Source: Moniliella sp. 'wahieum'
Lineage: Eukaryota
Direction of reading: 5' to 3'
Assembly (NCBI GenBank): GCA_003971905.1
Contig: RSEE01000023.1
Location: forward strand, 496,001-560,000
Length of the DNA stretch: 64,000 bases
Shown: positions 1-10,800 of the stretch, piece after piece
Layout: the number at the start of each line of letters is the position of its first letter
How positions within the stretch are numbered: position 1 is the stretch's first letter
Notes under the pieces: generated by a model
Seen by the model: the letters and a program-made list of their open reading frames with translations, nothing else
Databases searched by the model: none
Told to the model about the DNA's origin: nothing
Position numbers and translations under genes: made by a program

Positions 1-3000
1 GAGTCCTCGACAATAAACAGCGGCCGTAACACGCGCCCACCGTCCGTGTAGAGTCGCAGTTCTTTCTCACGAATGTCATGCACCATGCTCACCTCGTTCG
101 AAATCTCGTTCCGGCGACGCATCATACGCACGAAGTCCACCAGCATAGTCGGCTCGTCGTGTGTGCCGAGCCAAACGCCATTGACAAATACCTTGGTAGC
201 GCGATTATTGGCGACTTGCATGTCTCGAGCGAAAGCAACGAGTACTCATGCAAGAATTGGACGATTGGGGACGATGCCGAACCGACCGAAATGGTCGACA
301 TGAGACTGAGGTTCTTGACCAGACCACAGGCTTGTCCCTCGGGCGTCTCGGCGGGGCAGTTGTGGCTAACGAGGCTGTTGGCAAAGAACGAATGGTTGGC
401 CGACTCGGTAGTGAATCAAACACCGCCTCCGGCTCCACTTCCTCCACCGACTCGATCGGGCACCAACAAACCCTTCGGCTTCAACCGCTCGCAAGCTCTG
501 GAACTTCTCCCACGACAGGAAGTTGGTGTAGAAGAGCACCATGACCACTACGCAGCAGCGAGAGAACGCCGTCCCATGATCGAACTGGAAACTGGCTCCG
601 TCTCGATCCGAGCACGTTTCGCAAAGTGCGCTTGCGACTTGAGGTATTGAACGGGGAGCGCACTCCGCCGCGTCTTAGCTGCACAGTAGCGATAACCCAC
701 ATTCTTGGAACGCAACCAAGTTGCCTGCCCTTTGTGTAAGGTGCACTTCTTCTCCCTGGGGGGCAGCTTTGACCCCGACATCGGAAAGGAGGCTGCGATT
801 GTCCAGCCAACTCCGTAACGAGAGGAGCCATGCAAGGCTTCCACCCCGCCCGAGTAGAACGCATGCGGATCGCGTCTCCTTTGGCACCAAAAATACCCGC
901 AAGGAACTCGCGCTTGACGAGACAGGGGCGTTGAGAGCCAAGGAGGGAGGAGGGTGCCGGCATATAGCAACGAGGAAAGCCTCAGCCGCTGAGGGCAGCA
1001 GATCGGGGCTGCCCTCGATGGCGGGGAGACCGAGGGTACCAAGGTCCGAGTTGACCGCAGCAACATCAGCCGCATCGCTGAGCGTCAACCTCCGTCCCTG
1101 AACACCAGAACGAGCACCAAGCAGGCGGGCAGTAGCGAGAACCTGGGGAAGCGAGAGGTCGGTGTCGACCAAACCACATTGCGAAAGGGCCTCCACCATG
1201 GAGGGGGCAAGGCCAGCGAGCTGAGTGCGGCAAGACGCAAGGTAAATGGCACGGGGGGGAAGTACTTAGATTGCGGGGAAACGAGGATCATATCTGTGCC
1301 GGCCTGCAGTTGACCGACTTTGGTCCACGAGGGTGAGAGCGGGTTCTGTGCCGCACGAAGAGGATGCTCGGGAGTGGCTTTGATCACCCTTCCGTCCGTC
1401 AAAGTCACCTTAAGAAGACGCTCAGGCATCTTGCGGAACCAATGGTGGATGCCGCTCCGCTCAATCTCCAGCGACGACGGCTTGATCGTCGCCACCTCTT
1501 TGCCGTCGGACAGGTCTGCGATGCGCCCACATCCATTCCGTTGCCCAGTACCACCTCCGTATCCGCCGTGACACAAACCATACCCCAATGGGTGTTGTGC
1601 AGCTGCCGTGGCTTGGCAATCTTTCCATCTCGTCCAATCGGGGTGTTGCACCGCCGCAATGGGACAAGGTGGAGGAGAAGGTGTACCGGTTAAGCACTTG
1701 CGACACACCAGCACGTGCAGACATGAACTTTTTTTGGTCGCCCAGTTGCCCGTCGCAACAGAGTACTTTAGGCCATTGGTAATGGTCGACGCCTTGACAG
1801 CTGGGTAATGTGGAAATCCTTCTTCTCCTCCACACTTTTGGAGATGCGGTAGATATCGCGCGTAAGCTTGCGGAAAAGCATGCGGAAAAGGCCTGCCAAC
1901 AAAGGCCCAGCCATGTCGAGACGCTTCTTGCCGAAGTGGTCACGGTCATCAATTTCGCGCCGCTCGAGGGCAGTGAGTAGGAGACGATGAATCATGTACC
2001 CAAAGAAGTAGGCCTTCTTGGTGTTACTCCCCTCAGACATGGAGATGCGGCAGCATCTCCTTCTGCAGAATCTCCTGCGCGTAGTGGCGACGACGTCCAC
2101 GCGCCAGACCAGTGACCGTGCCACGTCGACCAATCCAGTCCAGTGCATTCTCCCGATCTTGGATGCTGAATGCCTCTTCAATACAGGGCTTGAGCATCTC
2201 AAGCATCTGCGTGTCGTTGGGATCGTAGCAAATGTGCTGGAGGATTTCACGATCGGGGACAATGCCAGCGCACGAAACACAATCACGATCGGCACGTCCG
2301 CCTTGATGTAAGGCAAGGTAGCACGGATCACACTCCCACTGTTGCCCTTGTCGCCCGAACGGGCAAACATTTTGACCTGCATTGTGCTCACCGTCTTGCC
2401 TCCCGTCTCAACCGCACTGCGAATCTCAGCGAGGTAGTTGACTGGCGAAGGGCTGACTTGGAGAAGACATATACATGGTTTGCCGCCATCCTCTCTTGGG
2501 CAATCAGCACCTTTTCAGACCCATTGATGATGAAGTATCCACCCGAGTCGCAGGGACACTCATCCTTGCATACTTTTGGTTGTCGTCCATGTTGGTCAAA
2601 CGACAAAACGTAGACTGAAGCATGATGGGCACTTTGCCAATGAAGACCTTCTGCACCTCGGTGGCCGCGCCACGCTCCGCTGGCTCCCATGTATCATCCT
2701 CATCCTCCACCTTGAGGTACTTGCGCTGCGTCACATCAAGGAAGATGGGCGCGGCATACGTCAGGTTACGCAGGCGGGCATCCTGAGGGAAAAGCGGACC
2801 GGTGGATCCATCGTCCTCCGTCTGCTTGGGGAGCGAGGTGTAGATTTGGCCAAAGACGATCTCATACCGAATCTGCGCAAGAGTCAGCATGATAGGAAGG
2901 AAGGAGAGACGGCATCGGGACCGGAAGGGGAGTAAAAATACGTACGGTCCTGTCGTCAATTTCGCCATTGTACTGCTTGGCTTGCTCGAGGGTCAGCTGG

Positions 3001-3269
3001 CCTACTTCCTGGACGAGCTCCTGCATGGTGGTGCCGAGGAAATCGTTGAACGAGTCGAGCTGCTGCGGACAAGACCGCGCGAGTCGAAGAAGGAGCGGAT
3101 AATGTCCCATGAATCCTGCTGCCTCAGCTCCTCCTCCTGGGGGTCGTCGTTGGCCAGGGGGTACTCGTCAGCCTTGTCGAGGTACGAGTCGTAGTCCTTG
3201 GCTCCGTCTGAGGGGGGGCGGGGGGTCAGTCAGCATGGGCAGCAGGAACGCGCGGAAGGACGTACCCAT
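1..3269 (-). CDS. RPB2: RNA polymerase II second-largest subunit, 5' portion; runs off window start; intein-interrupted; introns ~3208-3265 and ~2872-2945
   Basis: Hallmark motifs [88 protein letters not shown] and [18 protein letters not shown] across several shifted frames; ATG at 3269 followed by a GTACGT..CTGAC..CAG intron. Confidence 0.98.
359..1575 (-). mobile_element. Intein (~405 aa) with LAGLIDADG-type homing endonuclease region inserted in RPB2
   Basis: Begins [10 protein letters not shown] (block A) right after GMV; block [23 protein letters not shown] and VGYRYCAAK endonuclease-like blocks; ends VFD(F)[18 protein letters not shown] followed by extein CPAETPEG. Confidence 0.95.
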
Positions 3270-3648
3270 TGGGGGCAGCGAGTAGCAGCGGAGAGGGGTG
3301 GGGTGGGGGCAGCCGTGCGCGTCGGCAGACACGGCGTGGACGGGAGGCGGGAGAGGAGAAGGAGGTGGTGGTGGCGGCGTTCAGGCGGTTGAGTGGCAAA
3401 CCAGCGGGTGATCGCCTGAGCTCAGGCCGCTGGCTGCCGCCGGGCGATTACCGCAGAAGGTTGACCTGCCACTGCCCCCGTGCCACCACCCATTAGGTCA
3501 GCAGCACTTAGGTAAGCCTTTCGGCTGCGTTGGCTGCTGCAATTTCATTTTGGCCGTTTTGGGTCATCCGATGGATCCTCGCAACCGCCACCACCACCAC
3601 CCCCAACCCCTCCCCCTTGGCCTGGCGCGGCAGCGTTCATTCTGCACC

Positions 3649-5113
3649 ATGGGCGCCGGTGATCTGGTACGACCTCCTCCCCTCCCATTCTGGGTCTTTA
3701 CACCGCCCATATACTGACTTCTCTCCTGCCACAGAATATGAAAAAGAGCTGGCACCCGCTCTTGATGGTCAATCAGGAAAAGGTGTGGAAGCGAGAAAAG
3801 CATGCCCTCGAGGAGCGCAAGAAGCTCGACGAACTCAAGCGCGAGCGCGACCAAGAACGCGAACTACAGGAACTTCGTCGACTCCAAGAAGAAGCGGCGG
3901 CAAGAAACGGCAAGAACGGGTGGATTGGATGTACGCCGCGCCACCCAGGGCGAGACGAACGCTGAGGAGATGGAGGAGTATCTTTTGGGCAAAAAGAAGA
4001 TTGACAAGATATTACGGGGGACGAAGCACAAAAATTAAGCGCTGTGGGAGGACAGGTCGGACCTTCCAGCTCCAACGTAAACTCCAACTCCAAGACGCAA
4101 GGCTATCAAGCCCTGCAGAACGCCAACACCGCCCAGGACTTGGCCGCCAAGGTGCGCGAGGATCCGATGCTCGCCATCAAGCGGCAAGAACAGTCCGCCT
4201 ACGAGGCCCTTTTGCGGGATCCGGCACGCCTTCGCCAGCTGAGAAAGCAACATGGCCTTGACAGTGGGGATAAAGATAAGGATAAGGATAAGGATCAGCG
4301 TCGACAAGAGCGCCATCGCCGCCATCGCCGCGACCGAGACGAACGAGAAGACCGTCACCGCCGCGACCGTCACCGCGACCACGACGAGAGGGATGAGCGC
4401 CATCGGCACCATTCTCTTCGGCATCGCTCTCATCATGATGTGGAAGAATCGCGCAGTCGTTCCCCAAGCCCGGGACGACGACGGGAAAGAGATGAACGCC
4501 CTAGTAGCTCCCGACGCAGTCACGAAACCTTCCTCCTCCTCTCGGCGACACCACTATCTTCTTCCTCTCTGGACGACTCTCGGCGGGACGACTCTCGGCG
4601 GGACGGCGGGACGACTCTCGGCGGGATGACTCCCGGCGGATGACTCCCGGCGGGACGACTACGCTTCTTCCTTCCGGAGAGGGAGTGACTCCTACGCCTC
4701 GCGGCGGGACGAACGCAGTGTTCGTAAGGCCGAGCGGGGAGATCCGGAAAGGGATCCTCACCGCACCTACTCTACCCCTCGTTCTTTCGAGGCAGGTGCC
4801 AGCACGTCGGGCGGTGGCGGACTGACGGCGGAGGAAAAAGCGGCGAAAGTGGCTGCGATGGCCTCGGCGGCCCAGTCGGTGGAGGTAGCGCGCGGTGAGA
4901 GGGTGGCGCGCGATGTGCGGAGGAACAGGCGGAGTTGGAGCGGGAAGCACAGCTGCGGGAGCAGTTGAAACGTCGGTATGGCGCTCATGCCACGGACGAG
5001 GTGGTGCGGCGCGAGATGCGCTGTCGAACCAAAAGGTGCTGGATCCGAAGATGGACTTGAAACAGAGCATCGGACGGCAGCGCCGAGGGCTGCAGCGCTT
5101 AGCCGATGAATGA
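3649..5113 (+). CDS. CWC25: Pre-mRNA splicing factor CWC25
   Basis: MGAGDL|intron|[52 protein letters not shown], followed by an R/D/H/S-rich tail. Confidence 0.9.
4573..4657 (+). repeat. Imperfect 15-nt tandem repeat (GACGACTCTCGGCGG) encoding DDSRR units in the CWC25 tail
   Basis: About five direct copies visible in the sequence. Confidence 0.8.
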
Positions 5114-5495
5114 AGGCATTGGGGGTCTGCGGGTTGTTTTGTATTCGCGCTGGCCAGCTGGGCACTGCTCTATAGACCACACGAAAGTAGCCCTGCTCGT
5201 GTGCAAGTCGAAGGAAGATGCAGTAGTAGCGCCAGAACGCCGGCTGGACGGGGGATGTTGGGTGTTAATTGGACTACAACCATCGGGTGTGGTTCGGAGC
5301 TAGAAGGCAGCTGTGCCGATCTGGCACTGGGCGGAACGCGCGCCGTCCGGTTCCGCCCAGCTGACAAAATCGCGGCGCCGACCGCTGATTGCGATGCAGG
5401 ACATGGGTGACGGCGGCCGGACTGCCTGCGCCTCCGGCAGCGACAAACGGCAACGGGCGGCCGTGCGCTCGGATTGCTTCCCCCACCACCCCGCC

Positions 5496-5983
5496 ATGCT
5501 GGCCTTCGCCGCCCGCTCTCTGCTGCTGCGTGCCCCCTCCTCCGCGCGCCACTGCCCCCGCTGCTGCGCATGATGCAGCCCGCCGTGGCGGTGCGCATGT
5601 ACAGCTCCGCCACTCTGACCAAGGACGCCATTTCGTCCCGCATCCTCGACGTGCTCAAGAGCTTTGACAAAGTCACCCCCGACCAGCTGACCACCTCGGC
5701 CTCCTTTTCCGAACTGGGTTTCGACAGCCTCGACAGTGTCGAGGTGCTCATGGCCATCGAGGAGGAATTCAACATTGTACGTGCTGTCATCTTGTGCTTG
5801 GGGCGACGCTGTACACTGCACTACTAACTCGTCCCAGGAAATCCCCGATGCCGAGGCCGACGAAATCTTGACGGTGCCCCAAGCAATTGAGTACATTGCC
5901 AAGACCCCCGAGGGTGCGTGCTCCTCTCTTTTTTAGCTCTTCGTGGACAGTGCACTAACCTGGATGAGGCTACAGCAAGCTAA
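5496..5983 (+). CDS. ACP1: Mitochondrial acyl carrier protein (two introns)
   Basis: Arg/Ala-rich presequence MLAFAARSLLLR; ELGFDSLDSVEVLMAIEEEFNI|EIPDAEADEI phosphopantetheine-Ser motif. Confidence 0.93.
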
Positions 5984-6401
5984 GCCACCTCGGCACGCAG
6001 AGATCGTTAATCATTGTTGGAGTCCCATTTCCTATTGTGGCACGCCTCGTAGAGCGTTTGAATGGAAGTTCCATGCGATGGCAAATGCGGAAGGGGGGAA
6101 ACGATCTGCGGATGACCTAAGATAACAGTATACTAGAACCAATCATAGGAGCAAAGGATGACAATTTCCCTGCCTGACCCCCACCCCCCAAAAAGCACGC
6201 ATCGCCCAAAGTACCCTGCTTAGCCCCAAGTAACACATCATTCATTAATCATTCCAGCTTGCTCCTTATTTCCAGATCACATGGCCCGGAGATGGAAATG
6301 CGCGTAACAGCTATAGAGCCTATATATATGTTCCTGTTCCATCTAACCTGACCAAGTAAATGTCTACTCCGGTTGGGCCGCAACAGGAAGAAACATGAAA
6401 T

Positions 6402-7430
6402 TCACTTAGTCGAAGCGGGCGACTCCTTATTCTTCTTGCCACGCTTCTTTTTGGGCTTTTCTTGTTCCTTTGTGCCTTTTGGCGTCGGAGTGGATGATGG
6501 TGCAGCGTCAGACTCGCTGACAGGTTGGGAGCGCGTCTCTGCACTTGGTTGATCCAGCATCGTCTCCTCCTTCCCTTCGGAGGCGTCGAACGGATCCATC
6601 TTCACCCGTTTAGTCTTAGGGGGATTGGCTGCTTCAGGCTCGTCCTCTTCCTCCTCCTCCTTCTTATTTCGGATGACTTGCGCTTTCCCTTCCCCTTTGT
6701 TGCTTCCCCCGCCTCGCTGGATTTGGACTTCTTGTCCTTCTTGCTTTTTTTCTTGTCCTTCTTGCCTTTGGTCTCCTCATCCTTTTCATCCTTCTCAAAA
6801 TCAAACCGCTTGTGCGTTGGTTCCTTCCCAATCGCATGCTTAATAAACCGGTTGGCCGCTGCTGTATCGAGATTGGATCGTGCTGGCCAAACGAAAGTCA
6901 GTAAATACTGTCCCAGGCCGCCCCCTTGAAGGAAATAAAATGAAGACAACGTACCCTCTCGTGCCTCTGGGTTCTTGGCGTTCTTAATCTTGTGGAAATA
7001 AGCCTTGACGCGCTCCAGCTCAGGTCCGACCGGGTGATTGGTAGGATCAATACCCTTCACTTTCAAGTACACTAGTGTTTGCCGTGTCAGTTCCCGATTT
7101 TCATTCCCACCCAAGGCCAGCCGGATTGTACACATACTCCACACGAGGTCCAACAGCACATACGCTGTCGAGGCGTACATCCTTGCTGATGCCAACTTCC
7201 TTCCCGCTCCGCCTCTTCAGGCGACAAGGTCTCCCCTTCTCCTTCTCCCCGCCCGAAGCTGAAGGGGCGGCCGCGCCACCCGATGCGGCAGAGGCCGAGG
7301 ACGAGCCCTGCTGAAGGCGTTTGGTGAGCTGCGCAAGCGGCTGAGCAAGCAACGGCTCAAGCACCTCCATCAGTCCTTCAAACGACTCCGCAAACGTCTC
7401 CAGCTTGGGTGCGGGTGACTCAAGCGACAT
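6402..7430 (-). CDS. C1D/Rrp47 (Sas10/C1D family) exosome cofactor with Lys-rich tail
   Basis: ARMYASTAYVLLDLVW|YLKVKGIDPTNHPVGPELERVKAYFHKIK and LDTAAANRFIKHAI match the C1D family pattern. Confidence 0.8.
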
Positions 7431-7811
7431 GGCGGGGGCAGGTGGTGGTGGTGCTGGCGACTGGTTGCGAAGGGCCAGCTGCTGATATGACGGGGGGGGG
7501 CGGGCGGAACGAGCTGAAATTTTTTCCAAGGCCGCCAGGCCTGAGCAGGAGGGCAGTCGGTCCAAACCCCTGCCATGCAATTTCAACGCGTTCCGCTATT
7601 AAAGTGCAGGTCTAGTAGCACATGGCGCATGACACACAGCGGGGTGTATACAGACGACTGTGGGCGTGGACCCGATCTGTCCTCCTTTCAACACATACAA
7701 CAGCCACGAGATAGAAATGATATGAATCACACTGCAAGGTATCCAAAACGAAATGAAAACGACAGCCAAAACGAAAGGGAAAAGCCCCTGGCGAACTCTG
7801 TTCGCCCCAAC

Positions 7812-10800
7812 TCAGAACCGGCCTTCCAGCATTGGCGAGTAATCCGGCAAGATCTGGGATGCCATGTGGCACACCCTCGACGGAACGGACGGCGGCACAT
7901 CCGTTCCCACGGGCGCCTCCCCCGCATACAACCGCACCAAAATTCGACGGTAAAACGTCTGCAACGCGACGGGGTCAGAGCAAAAGGCTTCAAACTCGCT
8001 CCGCACTCCTTCGGCCGTGAGACGGGGCAGAGGCGTCGATCCACTCCCCGAACGCGATCGGGCCGGTGACGAGGTCCCCCCCGACGAAGCGTTGCGGCGA
8101 TGATGCAAGCCGAGCGAGACGGAGCCCAACGAGGCCGAGGCAGCTAACTGACTCGAATTGTAAAGACGATTGTCGAGCCAGAGAAAGCCTTCGTTCCCTC
8201 CCAAGATTTGGGCAAAGGCCAAGCCCGACCGGTGGACAAACTGCGAACGCTCGAATTTGGTGGGCCGGGATTGGTAGTTAATCTCCACATTGGCCGGGTA
8301 CCGCGTAGAGGCTTCTTGGTCGAGAATGAACCCCCAATGGCGCAAGAGGCAAAACTCAAAGTAAGCGTCGGGTACTGTATGTTCAGGGAGCCGATGCGCG
8401 TACGCGTGGACCGGCGGTGGGGGCACGGCCAGCCGAATCTGGCGGGGCGATTGGAACGGATTGTGTTGGGCCACACTGCTGATTTGCTCGATTGGGGCCT
8501 CGACCAACATGAGTCCTTCTTTTTCCAACAACCGGCTCCAATTTTGAACCAGCTCTTCAATAAAGAGCGACGTAGTGGCCATCCAATGGATCTGGAAGTT
8601 GAACCCGTTCACTGTGACCAGTCAGTATACTCGGGGGCAGTAGATAAAGAGACGGAGGAAAAGACAACGTACTGGGGTTGTGGGAGATGTCATGGTGGAT
8701 GATACAGATTTCAGCGCGGTCGCGGGAGTTGGCGTCATCAGAATGGCCTACCCGACGCGAATTGTGGTACTGGCCCACATCAAATGCAATCGACCGCGAC
8801 AGCTGGATATGGCGCTTCCCTTTCGACGGCCAGCGGGACTCCTTCCCGGTCCCCGGGGCAGAGGAAGGAGGGGCAACGGCTTTCCTGCGACGTCGGTGTA
8901 CCCTTGTCACCCAAACCGATCTGTTGCCAGTCTTTGGTAAGGGAATAAAGTAGTGGCCGTCTTTAAAGTCGTGGACGTGACGCACGTGCTCAAGGAAGCC
9001 CTGTTGCATCAGCTGGTTGCCAATCGCCACTGCCGCGCGATCAGGCACGTCCTCGAACCGCTCGGTAAGCCAAGACACAAGTTCTGAGCCATAAAATGAG
9101 CTTGGGTACGTCACGCGGCGCCATTTGTGGTCCTCAATCAGTTTTGCTCCACCAGGCGCTGTGGTGGTCAACATCTCAGCCGCCAGGACAGAGCGCGGAG
9201 TATCGCTAAGTTCTCCTTTTTCCCGCGTGCATGGGAGCCAGGCGCATTAGAGGTGCTGCCGGTACCAGTATAAGAAGGCCAGGTCTGATGGAACAGGGCC
9301 AAATTGCGGAGGAACGGCTCATCAAACAAGCTCTGAGTTGGATCGAGCGAGGTCATGAGGAAACTGAACGCTTGCCGTGGTTCCCCCACTTTGCGCAAAT
9401 GGAACCGTTGCAGCTCAGCAGCCAGTCGGCTCATGCCAGCAATCCGAATTTCCTCTAGCGAAAGGTCCCGCTTGCTCGCCATCAGCTCCGACACCTCCGA
9501 GTCGTCCATCAGCTTGGGCACCACAATGAATCGAGCTCGCCAGTATTTCAGCTCCTCGATCAGTCGGTCCTCAAATCCGCTAATCAGGCCGTCCAGGTAC
9601 GTCCAATTGTACTGGGCTGAGGAGGGGAAGTGGAATTCGGCGGACAAGTTCTGGTATCCGGGTAGATCCCTGGCCCAGATACAGCAACTGTACGTGATCG
9701 GTGCGGTCGAGTACGTGATATGCTTGAGATAGCGTTTAACGTTGATCACGCCGCTGTCCTTGTCGTAGCTGATGCGGTGGATCTGGTTGGAGAGGGACAA
9801 AAAGATGGGGTTGCCTGCGGTGATCAGGCCGGGCATAAACGATTCCGACGGATGGCGGAGGGTAAACTTGGCTTTGGGCCCAAACACACTCGATTGGTCG
9901 CCGACAAAGTTGCTTAGGGTAGAAGAGGTGGTGGTGGGAACGATGAACTGGAAGCCACGCGAAAGACGCTGGTAAACCATCTCCTTCAGAACCGACACGG
10001 CCGTTTTGAGGGGGGATGTAGGACGCATGGTTGTCCCTGCGGTCAAGGTAAAGGTTGCGCATATGGTATGACTGGCGTGGATGCCGCGGCTGTTTAAGGA
10101 AGAGACTGGTTGCGCCCTCGGAAATCGAAGCAACGTAAGGATGTTCCTGCCAGTGGGCCATGAGGTCTTGTGCTTCTGGGAGCTGTGACGCTGTCAATGG
10201 CAGACAAGCCGGGCTAGTCATGGAGCGCCACTTGACTTCATGGTGGCTCAGTCGATCGGGAAGAGGTACTGCCAGCGCATCAAGTCGGTATAGTTGCCCG
10301 CCGATGGCTTTTTGGGCTTGGAAGGGTTGAGCGTCTGGTTGTCCAGAAACTTGATTGCTCCCTTGGGCAGGCCCAACTGGGACACCACACCTCCCGTCAC
10401 CCCTGTCCATTCAGGGGTGATCTCATCGTCCGATTCGTCCACCGCTTCCCCTCCTCTTCCCCTGCTGTCTTCGTCCATTGGGGGATACTGATGGGGGTGC
10501 GATTGTGCGGCTCGGTGCCGGTCTCGCTGGCAGAGGTGGGAGCGTCGTCCGTGTTGCGGCGGGAGAGGTAACCCCGATTCCACCAACTTCCCTTTTTCTG
10601 CTCGCTTTTGGCGGTAGAGCGGCGGGATTGCAAACGGCCTTGCTTGGGAGAGCGGGTGGAATGACCAGAGGCTACGCTGCCCCCATCCGAGGGAGCTGGG
10701 CTGCGGACAGGAACTCCATTTGTAGCGAGGATCTGACGAATCTGTCGGGTCGCAGAGAGGGACCGTGAGGGTGGCGCGGGGCGAGGTTGAAGCGAGTTCA

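Noticed and set aside
359..1575. RPB2 insert as a spliceosomal or self-splicing intron
   Set aside because: No GT..AG boundaries at the junctions; the insert encodes complete protein-splicing blocks with C-start and HN|C end
4268..4294. (GATAAG)n microsatellite
   Set aside because: Encodes a DK dipeptide run in the low-complexity CWC25 tail; unremarkable
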